A stretch of DNA of 64,000 bases from Phaeosaccion multiseriatum (taxonomy: Eukaryota; Protista; Ochrophyta, other classes). Of the stretch, positions 10,889-28,928 are shown in pieces. The translations under genes were made by a program, and so were the position numbers. A model generated the notes under the pieces. The model saw only the letters and a list, made by a program, of their open reading frames with translations. It was not told where the DNA came from and made no database searches. Position 1 is the first letter of the stretch. Each line of letters begins with the position of its first letter. The stretch spans positions 2,232,001 to 2,296,000 of the forward strand of contig OZ218950.1 in NCBI GenBank assembly GCA_965112735.1, read 5' to 3'.

Positions 10889-12679
10889 ATGACGACGACG
10901 AGGACGATGCGGGTGCTTCGGCTTGGAGTCGTGCTGAGTGTGCTGGGTAGTCTGCAGGCTTTCGCACCGCTGGCCCCAAGTGGAAAGAAAGTTGTTAGTC
11001 CAGGCGGCAAAGTGAAAGGAAAGGGAAGAAAGATGGCAGAGGGGAGGACGACAAAGACTGGCCGCGCCGTCTCAGACAGCAGCAGAGAAGGATTAAAGAG
11101 GAAGACGCCGGGGAAGATGTCTTTCACCGCTGTCTCGGCAAGCAGCAGAGAAGTAGTACAGACGAAGACGCCAGGGAAGAAGTCTGTGTCAAGCAGCAGG
11201 AAAACGTCACTCTCTGTTCGGCTCACCGCCCAGGAGCGGAGACGGCTAAAGGAGGAATGGAGAAGCGACCACGCTTGGCTCCATGATGGCAAGGATGTGC
11301 CCCTTTACGAGAGGGCTTTCGACGAGTACCTCCAGCAGCACACACTCCACCTTGTTGTGGACGGGGCGTCGGCCTCCGAGTTGGCCATTGCGGACATCAT
11401 CCTCAAGGGGAGGCAGGTGGACGAGCAGGAGAAGCTGCTCTCCGCCAAGCTCAAGCGATCGCCAACGCTGGAGGAGCTCGCCGTGTTTGCCTCCACCTCT
11501 GCCGCCATGGGCGCTGTATCGGATGAGAAGAGTAAGACGGAGGGTAACAAGGGCACGGCGGTGACGGTACAGCACCTGAAGCAGCTTCGCGCTCAGGTGG
11601 CAACGGCCAAGAAGCTACTCATCTACGGCAATCTCAAGATGGTGACGAGGGAGGCCAATCAGCTCGAGAAGAAGATGCACGGCGTCGTGCAGGTGCGAGA
11701 TTTGATACAAGAGGGCGTCCTCGGCCTCGCAGGTGCCGTCGACAAGTGGAACCCGGACACCACCACCACTGCTGCTGCTGCTGCTACTGGGAAGGGGGAG
11801 GCGGGGCAGCAGCACGCAGGGCACCACGTAGACTTCCCCCGCCACGCCCTGGCCTTCATCCGCGGCGCTATGACCCTGCTACTTCCCGCCAAGCCCCTGT
11901 CTGCAGAGACCATGACACGCATGGGACAAGTGCTGGACTGCTCCGATGCGCTGTGCGAGTCGCTGGGGAGGGAGCCTCTGCCCAAGGAGATTGCCGCCTC
12001 GTTGCGGTGGAGGAAGGCGGACGTGGATGCGTTTTTGGAGCTCAATAGGCGGGCCAAGGAGAGCTTTCCCCTCACCGCTGCGGCTGGGAGTGGCAGCGGT
12101 AGCCGCAGCATCGAGAGCATGAGCAGCAGCAGCAGCAGCAGCGGTACCAGCAGCGGTAAGAGCAGTAGCAGCAGCACCACCGGCACCGGCAGGAGGAGCA
12201 ACAGCATCCGCGGCACCAGCTGGGTCGAGGGCAGTGGAGACAGGAACGCAAGAGGACGCACCCTGCTGCGACTGGACAGTGTGGTGGATGAAACCACGTC
12301 GCTCGAGGTGCAGGAGAGGGAGATTATGCTGAGAGAGACGCTCAGCCGCCTGCTGGACAGCCTCGAGCCGCGCAACAGACAAGTGCTCCTGATGCGCTAT
12401 GGGCTGCAGGAGGAGAACGGGTCCAGATCGTCTCCGGGGGGGGACGGTAAGGCCACGGGGGGTGCGGTGGGGGCCCCGGGGGGGCACGCGACCACTACGG
12501 CCGTTTTGACGGGCCTGGGCCCCGGTACAGGCGCAGGAGGTAAGGTCAGTCTGGCGCAAGTGGGGAGGGCTTTTGATATCTCCAGGGAGAGGGTGCGACA
12601 GATTGAGCAGCAGTGTCTGCAAAAGCTCCGGGCAGAGCACCCCCGGCCGGACTACTTGCCAGAGCTGTTGAGACTCTGA
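10889..12679 (+). CDS. Nucleus-encoded plastid RNA polymerase sigma-70 factor (divergent, intronless)
   Basis: Signal peptide + SLQAFAP leader. Region 2 LLIYGNLKMV...DLIQEGVLGLAGAVDKW, region 3 LGREPLPKEIA, region 4.2 SLAQVGRAFDISRERVRQIE. Confidence 0.9.
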   Translation: MTTTRTMRVLRLGVVLSVLGSLQAFAPLAPSGKKVVSPGGKVKGKGRKMAEGRTTKTGRAVSDSSREGLKRKTPGKMSFTAVSASSREVVQTKTPGKKSVSSSRKTSLSVRLTAQERRRLKEEWRSDHAWLHDGKDVPLYERAFDEYLQQHTLHLVVDGASASELAIADIILKGRQVDEQEKLLSAKLKRSPTLEELAVFASTSAAMGAVSDEKSKTEGNKGTAVTVQHLKQLRAQVATAKKLLIYGNLKMVTREANQLEKKMHGVVQVRDLIQEGVLGLAGAVDKWNPDTTTTAAAAATGKGEAGQQHAGHHVDFPRHALAFIRGAMTLLLPAKPLSAETMTRMGQVLDCSDALCESLGREPLPKEIAASLRWRKADVDAFLELNRRAKESFPLTAAAGSGSGSRSIESMSSSSSSSGTSSGKSSSSSTTGTGRRSNSIRGTSWVEGSGDRNARGRTLLRLDSVVDETTSLEVQEREIMLRETLSRLLDSLEPRNRQVLLMRYGLQEENGSRSSPGGDGKATGGAVGAPGGHATTTAVLTGLGPGTGAGGKVSLAQVGRAFDISRERVRQIEQQCLQKLRAEHPRPDYLPELLRL

Positions 12680-13614
12680 GAGGAGGTTGGGCTTTCGTTC
12701 TACCTGAGGGAGGAGGAGGAGGAGGAGGAGCATGGCAGTAGGTGGGGGCTGTAGATGAGGAAGGAGGGGAAGAAGAAGAAGAAGAAGAAGAAGAAGAAGA
12801 AGACGAAGGAGGAGGAGGAGGAGGAGGAGGAGGAGGAGGGGCAGAGGGCGGGGGGCGGGGGGGGGGGGGGATGATGATAGGAGGGTTTGAGAGATGGAGG
12901 CGCTCACATACAGAGGAGCATACATACGATACACATGTATGAAGGGGGCGGGCGGACGGCTGTGATGATTCATGGTGACGTTGTGAAGTGGTGAATGTAC
13001 AAAGGAGAGGAGCGGGGTAGACTACACGTTCTATGTAAACATGTTTAGAGGGAGGGAGCAAGCACACAGAGAGTGTTTATTAATTTATTTTACTTTTTTC
13101 CTTTCTTTCAACACTCGATTTGCGTAAGAATCGCCCAAATCCCCTTGGGGGGGGTCGGGCGGCAAGGGGGAGTGCTCTTGCAGAAATGCTGACAAGTAGG
13201 GAAGGGGAAAAGCGACGAAAGCCGAAAGACTATATGTCGGTAAGCATCTCAAAGAGCTATACGAAAAGCTATAGCACATGGTCGGAGAGAATCAGTTGTT
13301 CTTTCAGCAGGGAGATTGGGGAGCGAGAAGTGGCGCTGGGCCGGGTTCCAACTCCTCCACTTGCACAAATGGCGATGCAAGTTTGAGTTGGGGTTTGATG
13401 GCGGGCTGCACTGCCACAACCAAAGCAGCGAACAGGGAGGGAGAAAGATGAGGAGTACAAGCTCCTCCCCCTGCAAACGCGAGGAGGAGAAAGGTGCTTA
13501 TGGTAGTATTTGGTCATGATTTCGTCAACCGGAAGGACGCAGCCATCCAATGATTTTTGTGGGGAGTGGGTGGATGGCAAAGCCCCCCCAATGAATGAAC
13601 ACATCATCTTTTAA

Positions 13615-13649
<35 letters not shown>

Positions 13650-13872
13650 CGTGTGGTGTCGCATTGAGAGATTGATTCGGACCCACCTTCTCTGCCTTAC
13701 CATCACTGAGAAGCTTAGAAGAAGCGGTGTGTGGGATGGGACCATGGAGCCAAGGGGTGCCAGCACATCGTCCAGCGAAGCAAAGAGGTAAGGGAAGAGG
13801 TGCGCTGCAGCCCCACCCCCCTGGGCTGTCATTTGGATGAGCGAGCTTCGTGCTCTGTCGTGTGTGAGTGGC

Positions 13873-13955
13873 TTCCCGTGATGATTACTTTTTTGTTGGA
13901 ATTACCGTCTGATCTTGAGTGAGGATATCAATAGCTGGCTGCTACTTCTGAGGAA
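13873..13955 (+). ncRNA. Box C/D snoRNA, snR77/SNORD65-like (guide for 18S Um578, yeast numbering), copy 1
   Basis: Terminal stem TTCC/GGAA. Box C GTGATGA at 13878, D' CTGA at 13909, D CTGA at 13948. D' guide TGGAATTACCG is complementary to the universal SSU rRNA sequence CGGUAAUUCCA, and the +5 rule falls on the U after GG. Confidence 0.8.
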
Positions 13956-14182
13956 CAACAACAACACACGACTGGCCCTTGGGCGCTTCCCTCTTCGGCA
14001 TCTGCTCTCCCTCCTGCCACCGTTCCTTACTTGTTGCTCCTTCCGCTCTCCTCGTCCCTTCCTACAGTCTGCGCCATACGTCGCAAGCAAATCAAAACAA
14101 GGAGGTAAGCAGCACAAATAAGGAGCCTCCCTGGGTTGTCTCCTTCGGATGGAGCCTGAATGGTCGGTTGTGTGTGTGTGGC

Positions 14183-14264
14183 TTCCTGTGATGATTACTT
14201 TTCGTTGGAATTACCGTCTGATCTTGAGTGAGGATATCAATAGCTGGCTGCTAATTCTGAGGAA
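14183..14264 (+). ncRNA. Box C/D snoRNA, snR77/SNORD65-like, copy 2
   Basis: Near-identical tandem copy: box C at 14188, same guide TGGAATTACCG before D' CTGA, D box at 14257, TTCC/GGAA stem. Flanks are more diverged than the core. Confidence 0.8.
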
Positions 14265-14760
14265 CATCCACAACACACACAACTTGCCTTGGGTCATTCT
14301 CCCTTGGCAGCTGCATCCTTTTTCCTTGCCTAACTCGTCATGCTCCCGTTCCACTCCCCCCCTCCTTTGCCTGCCCTTGAAGCATCGACAGACGCGCAAG
14401 AAAAGAGAGCGCGAAGCTCTAGCGGCTTTGTAATGCAGCTGCGTCTTGGCCTTGGCAGGAGTGCGTGAGAGTGCAAAATTGGAGCCCCCCCCCCACCTCT
14501 GTCGGGGATGTATGCAATATCCAGGCTTCCAACAATCATCAGTCCGTCCTTTCTAGGCTTGACTGATCAATCCCCTTGCTGGCCTAGAGGAACACACAGC
14601 ACACATGGGTGGGCACAGAGGCATAACAAGTCAAGCAGGGCGTTATGCCTGACATGACTGCCTTGGCTGCCCCTTCATCACTCGTACGTAAGGGGCATGC
14701 GTAAGAGGAGGGCACCGCAGGACGGAGAGCAGCACCAAGAGAGCGGTGCTGTGTCCCGTC

Positions 14761-14791
14761 TATATATATATATATATAATATATTATATAT

Positions 14792-14822
<31 letters not shown>

Positions 14823-14826
14823 ATAG
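14761..14826. repeat. Imperfect (TA)n microsatellite
   Basis: About 65 nt of near-pure TA in a GC-rich background. Confidence 0.9.
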
Positions 14827-15198
14827 ACGAGCGACAAGAGGACGATTCAGGCGCACAAGGGAAGAATGAGACGCACGCGGCCAATCCATTCGGATCTTCT
14901 TTGGGGGGGGGGGGGGATGTGTAGATACGTGTAGATATAACAACAGGTGTAGATACATGTGCAATAGAGACAGGGAAGTCTTCCAGAATTTTTTTCACAT
15001 GGGCTTTCACTGGTACAACAAAATCAAAATCAATGAAAAGCATGCAGAACTTCTTTCACAACTCCTGAAAGACTGAAAGACTTGGCTCTGCAGTCGAGGA
15101 ACGGACATGGGGCTGAATACGATGCCCTCATGACACACAGGCTGAAGAGCGGTGCTGTTTGCTGCTGCTGCTGCTGGCCACGCTGTCGCTCGACGCCA

Positions 15199-21320
<6,122 letters not shown>

Positions 21321-21629
21321 GATACTCGTCCGGCAGCGGTCCCACTGCTTCTCCCCTTAGTGCTGAATGACACCGCTGTGCATGTTAGGGTATTCTCTGA
21401 TTCTGGGTCTTTGCATCGAATACTCCGTGGACAGAAGGCCCCACCTAAGCATAGAACTAGAAGCAGGATAGGCCGTGGACAGGACCCCTGCTCTGGGGCG
21501 GGCTCGTTGTCCCGTGTGATATCGCCTTGCGGCGTTTCAGAAATTTACGTACAGTTACGTAAGGAACTTTTCTCTCTTATCCCCTCTTCTCCTCGTCGCT
21601 CCCAGAGCCTCTTGCTGGAGTAGAAAGAG

Positions 21630-22285
21630 ATGGCTCAAGCCTTTGACCCCGTGCTCATCATCCTCCAGATCGTGTGCTTACAATGCCTACACTACTTGGT
21701 CCTGGGGCTGGAGCTGCTCATCTTCAGGGTGCTCTTTGCCACACCCCTCTCACTTGACACACTCTTTGACGAAGACAAGCTCGCCGTGGGCTCCGCTCCG
21801 GGCTGGGGCTGCATCGCGCTGCACATAACTACGGCGATTGCAAGGTACGGAGGGCTGCTGCTGCTGCTGCTGTTGCTGCTGCACTGCTGCTGTGAGGTTG
21901 CGGCTGTACTGTAGGGCGGCGGACCCGAAGGTTTAGTTCCGCACCCCTTTCCCTCTTCTTGTCGTTTCTTTTCTGTCTTTCATCTTCTTCCCTCTCTCTC
22001 ATCCTTTCACGCGTGCTCCGTATCCTCCACAGTGCGCTACTCCTCGTTATCGTGGTGGAGAAGGCCAAAAAGTGCCTCGACTTTGCCTTCACCCTCTACC
22101 TCGCTCACCTCGTCGCCTGCATGGTCTATGGTGGGGCTTTTCCTTCATCGTGGGAGTTTTGGGTGGTGAATGGCATGTGCCTTGCCATCATGACCACTCT
22201 GGGAGAGTTCCTTTGTTCGCGGCAAGAGCTCCAGGACATTCCGCTCTGGAGCGTTGTCCCCACTGTGCAATCGTCCAGCTCATAG
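21630..22285 (+). CDS. SYS1: Golgi integral membrane protein SYS1 homologue (exons 21630-21844, 22033-22285)
   Basis: FDPVLIILQIVCLQCLHY, VEKAKKCLDFAFTLY, FPSSWEFW and LGEFLCSRQELQDIPL are SYS1-family motifs. Confidence 0.9.
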
Positions 22286-24356
22286 TCATGTGGTGTGGTG
22301 GCGTAGTACTCCGCCAAGAGAAAAAAAGCCGGCCTCGCCTCCGATCTCTGCATGGACATCAGAGAAGGGCACGAGGGGACTTTCAGAAGCACTGTGCCGC
22401 TTGCGTGTATAGCAGGACCCGTGGCGACGCCAGAAACACAGGACGGACGGACTGACTGAGACTGACTGACGGACTCACTGAATGGCGACACAAAGAAGGC
22501 ACTGACTGGTTCGTACTTGATGTGGTGCGCGTTGTTCTCTGTGGAGGGCCGCTACTCAACCCCCCCCCCCCCTCCCCCCGGCCACGAGATCAGAGGCAAA
22601 TCAAGGCGCCACTTCGCATATATGGGCCGACCACCTGTGTCCGACGAGAGACCGGTCACCTGTGTCCCTTTCACGGCGACCTTGGGACCTGCAATGCACC
22701 TCCTCTACCAGTTACAGGTGCCTCAAAAGGACGAGGCGCAAAGCGAAGGGAAAACAAACGTGCAAGAATCACACGAAATGCAGGGGCAGCTCCTGTGCCA
22801 AGGCTGGAAGCTACAGAGAGGGGCTTGTGCTGGTTCCACTATGCAAATGGTCAGTCGGCCGTGAACCCCAATGGCGCGTCTAGGTTAGGCATGATATCAA
22901 AGGCGTCTGCCGCTCCAAGCAACGGTGGACTATGTGGCGGTGAGGAAGGGACATGTCGACCTTACTGGACGAATTGATGAGCCAGGATGAATGAATGCAT
23001 CAGCGAAGGACTTGCCCTGCTGATGGTCGGCTCCCTTACACCGGATGTGGCGCAGAGAGTGGTCGTCATGATGAGCGACAAGAGAAAATTGCAATCACTC
23101 GACAAGAGAGGGGTGCAATCACTCGCAAGCCCGGGTGCTAGCTACGTTCCAGGTATCCCCCGCGCATACATGCTGGGGAATGTGAGGGACTGGACGTCTC
23201 TCTTGCCGCTCACCAGTAGTAGAGTGACTACTGGAAGACACCCCTCTTGAGCGTGAAGAGCCATTCTGTGAGCCCGGCACATACCGTGACGGAAACCACC
23301 GTGGGGGGGGGAGGGCTCCTGCCGCTACGCCCCGAGACCCTTCTGTGCCTCCTTCCTAATGTGGATCATTACCTTGACCCTGTCGGGGCCTCGCAACTCA
23401 TCTTCACGTGGAGGGGGGCAAAAAGGCTCACTCTTTTTCAGTTTTCAGTTTTCAGTTCGTGTGACCTTAATCAATGTCGAACACCAGAATTTGAGTCAAT
23501 TTCGAACAGCTACATCACAGCCCGGCTCACTTGCGCACTCTGGAGGGTGTCAGGGGAGGGCATATCGTGCCTGCGGCGGGTGAATGATGAACCTCTCAAC
23601 GCATATCGAAGTAACATGTATAATTACGTAAGTTGACCCCCCCCACCCCGTCTTTCCTCGGGTGAGCGAAGCCAGGACCACGTACCAGCACCAGGGCTGC
23701 TTCCAACCACCACCACGAGCACCACCTGCAGTAGCAGAAGCAGCAGTTGGACATACGGCTGCAGCAGGAGGAGGAGCAACACCCCCTCTCCTCTCCTCCT
23801 CGTGGTACCTTTGCTTGCTTCGAGCCTCCTCCTCCTCTTTGATTCCACCATGCCTCAGAGCCGCCCTCTCCGCTCCTCTCCGCTCAGCTCTCCCTGAGAC
23901 ACCCAACGCAGCGCAACCGCAGCGTACCACCGGAAAGAGGGGCAGGATGTGGGTGCGTGCGTGCGTGCGTGCGCGCGTGACAGCGTGTATGCGTGCGTGC
24001 AAAACCCCTCTCCAGAGCTCTCCAGAGCTCTCCAGAGGACGGGCATCCCGAGCTTCCGCGGGGAGGGAGAATCTTCGACAGGACCTTCTCTTAACTTCAT
24101 ATTGGACTCTTTCTCCGTCCCACATGTGTTCTGTGTGTGGTGTGTGAGAGTACCATAGGAAGCTGCAGACGGTAGTGAGATGCTTCTTGTTCTCGTCGCA
24201 CTCGCTCGGCCGGTCGTGCACTCCCTCTCCGTTCGCTTCGACCTGATGCCTCCGCGGCTCTCGGGCGTCGGTGCGCCTCTCTTCACAATGGGAGTGGCAG
24301 CGAACCGTGCTGACTGACCATCGACTCTCTCTTCTCGGAGTCCCTCTCTCTCTGAC

Positions 24357-25265
24357 TTACAGGCGGGGATTAGGACTGGTTCCTACGAGTTTCTTGATGT
24401 CTCCAATGGAGGCGGCAATGTCCTCGGCGTTGAGGGGCTCTCGCAGGGCCATGTCCATCATGGAGTTGTACACATCGCCTGAGGAGGAGGAGGAGGAGGA
24501 GGAGGAGGAGGAGGAGGAGGAGGAGGAGGAGGAGGAGGAGGAGGGGGAGGAGGAGGAGGAGGAGGAGGAGGAGGAGGGGGAGGAGGAGGGGGGAGTGAGA
24601 GGAAGAGAGAGAGGGGGTGAGGGAGGAATGGAGACAGAGAGCCGCGGCTGCCTACTGGATCGAGGAGTGCATGAAATACACGGAACACCGACGAAGCAAA
24701 GAAAAAAAAAACTTGTCCCTCCTTCCCTCCCTCACTCACTCCCTCCCTCACCATCGTATCTGCCCAGCGCTGACCCCAGGTACTTGTCCGAGAAGTGGAA
24801 GGAGTCACACAGAGACACCGCCTCGGGCCTGAGAGCCACACACAGCCCCTTGACTGCGCTCCGCACGAGTCTCGCCTGTGCACTTGACAAGGTGTCTCCG
24901 TCTCTAAACTCGCCCAGCTGGGCCTCGATGGTGGACAGGGCAAAGAGGTTACACATTTGTCGGAGGACGGACACTTCTCGTCTGTTCAGGCCGTGAGGAC
25001 CACCTGTGTAAGAGAGAGGGGGGGGGGAGGGGCAGGTGTGTGGGTGTGGGTGGGTTGGTGTACGTGTGTGTGTGTGTGTGTGTTCCCGTGCATTACACCG
25101 TCCCGTGGATATACATGCGACCCAAAGACAAGAAGAGAGAGGGGGGGGGGAGAGAGAGAGTACGGTAATCTTAAGTAATCTTGGGTTGTGAAGAGGGTTG
25201 GTGAGGTGATGAGTCAGGGAGGGATAGAGAGAAAGAAAGAAAGAAAGAAAAAACGAAAGAAAGAA

Positions 25266-25316
<51 letters not shown>

Positions 25317-26697
25317 CCGAATCACGCCTCAACCACTGTGGCACACAAGCGTGGAAACAAACAAGCTGCATCGCTCCTCGCCCCTCGCACTGTAACTGTT
25401 GGAACGTGTTTGCAAATACCCCATCACCCCACCATACCCCACCATCACATCCATCAATCAAACCCCTTTTCCCCCTCTCATCAGTACGGTCGGTGCCAAT
25501 GCCTTATACCCTCTTTACCATCACACCCCTATACCCCATACCCCACGGTGCCAATGCCTTATACCCTCTTTACCATCACACCCCCATACCCCATACCCCA
25601 CGGTGCCAATGCCTTATACCCTCTTTACCATCACACCCCTATACCCCATACCCGACGGTGCCAATGCCTTATACCCTCTTTACCATCACACCCCCATACC
25701 CCATACCCCACGGTGCCAATGCCTTATACCCTCTTTACCATCACACCCCCATACCCCATACCCCACGGTGCCAATGCCTTATACCCTCTTTACCATCACA
25801 CCCCCATACCCCATGCCATACAGCCCCACACCAACATACCCCCCCGTACTACTCACATGGCCGCCTACCCCCTTACCTGGTGCGGTCTCCATGTCCCCCA
25901 CCGCCTCTGCGAACTTTGCATACATGTGAAGGAAGCAATGGGCACGCGCCACACGCCCCATCTCCAGCCCACAACACACCATCGCCTCCTTCGCGTCCTG
26001 AGAAGAGGGAGGGAGAGAGGAAGAGAGGAAGAGAGAGAGGGAGAGAGAAGGGGAGGGAGAGAAAGGGAAGAGGAGGGGTGAGGGGTGAGGGGTGCAGGCG
26101 TGTACTGTCCCTCCTTTCCCCTTCTTATCTGCCTTTCTGTCTTTCTGTCTTTCTGTCTTTCTGTCTTTCTGTCTTGTCTGTTTGTCTCACCTTCTTTTCT
26201 GTTTTCATAACCGTCGCCATCGCTGTCTCCGCCTCCAGCACCGCCACCAAAGCGCGTCGCTGAAGCAACCAAAGCTGAGTGATAAGGGAGGAGGAGGAGG
26301 AGGAGGAGGAGGAGGAGGAGGAGGAGGAGGAGGAGGAGGAGGAGGAGGAGGAGGAGGAGGAGGAGGAGGAGGAGGAGGAGGAGGAGGAGGAGGAGGAGGA
26401 GGAGGAGGAGGAGGAGGAGGAGGAGGAGGAGGAGGAGGAGGAGGAGGAGGAGGAGGAGGAGGAGGAGGAGGAGGAGGAGGAGGAGGAGGAGGAGGAGGAG
26501 GAGAAGAAGAAGGAGGAAGAGGAGGGGTGGGAGGGGCAGGTGGAGGAGAGGAGGGGGGCAGCGGCAGCAGCAGGAGGGGGAGGAGGAGGAGGAGGAGGAG
26601 GAGGAGGAGGAGGAGGAGGAGGAGGAGGAGGAGCAGCAGGAGGAGGAGGAGACAGGGGATGTTAACCAAACAGAACACATCTCCGATAATTGGATCC

Positions 26698-26728
<31 letters not shown>

Positions 26729-27589
26729 CTGAGCCTGCGGATTGTGCAATGCCTTGACACCGTCAATGGCCACAGGGCAGGGGCTTCTCAGCAGGCGCTC
26801 TTCCTCCGCGAGGTAGGCCATATCGCTGCTGAGTGATGCCTTGCCCTTGCCTTGGCCTTTGGCTTGACGGGCCGTGGCTCTGCAGCGGAGGAGGTGGCGC
26901 GCTGTCTGCGGTTCGAGAACCTGCTGGGTGCCCTCCAGGGTGGGTAGAGCGAGGTAGTTGGCACTACACGGTCCAGTTGTGAGTCATCCCAGTTCAGTTC
27001 AGTCCAGCAGCAGCCGGATAGGGGTGGAGGAGAGGGGGAGAGGAGGAGAGGGGCAAGCACAAGCAGAGCAAGAGCATAGTCAGTGGGTGGGGCCGTGCGT
27101 GCGTGCGTGTATGTTCCCACAGCCTTTTTGGGTGCTGAGAGCGAAACTGCAAAATCGAAAACTGTAAGCTGCCACTGTGCATGTACCTGTGGTCTGGCAG
27201 GCCGCTGAACTGGCTGAAGCCGTGCCCTCCGCACATCTTCCGTGAAGCCTCGATGCCGTCCGCCACCGTCTGTGTTATGAGCGCCTAGGAGAGGAGAGGG
27301 AGAGACAGAGGAAGAGAGGGAGGGAGGGAGGGAGGGAGGGAGGGAAGGAGGGACGGAGAGGTGGAAAGATGAGTCATCGACTGAGTGCGTGAGTCACCTT
27401 CTACCCACAGTGAGTGAGACTACTTCTACCCACGCCTACTTCCACCGCAGCCCTATCAGTGTCATCCACACTCCGCAGCCCTGTCAGTGTCAGTCCACAT
27501 TCACCCTAGAGGACTACGCCGTGTGCACCAGCTCTTGCACTTGTGCGCTTTCGGCGTTACAACAACAACGACGACTTGTTCCGCACACA

Positions 27590-27622
<33 letters not shown>

Positions 27623-28731
27623 ACACCTTGAGGCCGCTGCTTGTGGCGTGAACGTCAGGCAGGATGGAGAAATCGAGCGTGTCCAAATAGCGTGTGTAGA
27701 TGGCCTTCATGTGCACTCCTGTAAAGTGGAGGGCGTAGCAGTAGGCCAGCAGAGGGAAGAGCATGTGCTGCTGCGTTGGGTAGTCCAGCACTTGCCGCTC
27801 GGAGGGAAGGGGAGGAGGGCTGCTGCTACTGCTGCTGCTGCTGCTGGTACTGGTGGTGGTGGTGGGGAGGGGAAAGGAGGGGAAAGGAGGGGGGGCGAGC
27901 AGAGAAGGGAGAAGAGAGAAGAGAGATGAGGGAGGAAGAGAGAAGAGCAATGAAGAGAGAAGAGCAATGGAGAGAGGACAGAAGAAATAAGAAGGAGAGA
28001 AGGAGGAGCACAGAGAAAGGAAAGGGAAGGAGCGGCGCGGGGCAAGGGGGACGGGCCAGGCCCATCAGGAGACTCACAGACACACACACGTACATACAAA
28101 GACACATGTATATATATACACACACACACTCCCTTATGTATATATACCTACACACACCTGACTGCAGCCTCCGCCCCCTCTTGGTAGCCCTGCAGCCTGA
28201 CCGCGCTGTAGCGCACTGCAATGGTCACCGCCCGGCCCAGGGAGAGAGCCCCTCGGATGACGAGGGTGGCTCTTACATCCAGCATGGCACCGTAAGAGAG
28301 CTTGTCGCCTCCCTTGATGCGTCGGAAGGTGCCGTCGGGCTTTACTTCGGCCACCCCTCCCAAAAGACGGTCGGCAGGGATGCGCACCTGGGGGGAGGCG
28401 GGGAGGGAGGAGGGGGAGGAAGGGAGGGAGGGGAGGGAGGGAGGAAGGGAGGAAGGGAGGAAGGGAGGAAGGGAGGAAGGGAGGAAGCGGTAGTGAGAGA
28501 GGCGCACATAGGAAACGATGCGGAAGGAAGAAGGCACCCCAACCAAGCCCACCAAGACCCCCAATCGAGCCTACCGAGACCCCCAATCGAGCCTACCTGG
28601 TCAAACCTGCAGAAGCCATTGTCGGAGCTGTTGAAGCCCAGCTTCGGACCGATATCACCTGCACATTACCGTCAAGTGGCGGATGAAACAATTGAAACAA
28701 ACAAATAAACAAACACACAAAACAATGGGGT

Positions 28732-28762
<31 letters not shown>

Positions 28763-28896
28763 CAAGGGACATGTTACAAAATGAGCAAGGGACAGGAAGA
28801 AAGACATCAGCACTATCGCTCTCTCGCTACAGCTACACAGTTGGGCAATTCATTACAGTTCCTCCTCCTACTCCTACTACTACTACTACTACTACT

Positions 28897-28928
<32 letters not shown>

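Noticed and set aside
10889-12679. Bacterial contamination or recent HGT of a sigma factor
   Set aside because: The bipartite plastid-targeting leader and host-like low-complexity inserts fit an endosymbiont-derived nuclear gene.
14535-14556. Minus-strand GAAA...CTGATGA resembling a hammerhead ribozyme core
   Set aside because: Only 7 nt separate the motifs, so stems I and III cannot form.
22500-24300. Several 70-220 aa ORFs between SYS1 and ACX
   Set aside because: No recognisable domain or consistent exon chain; left uncalled.
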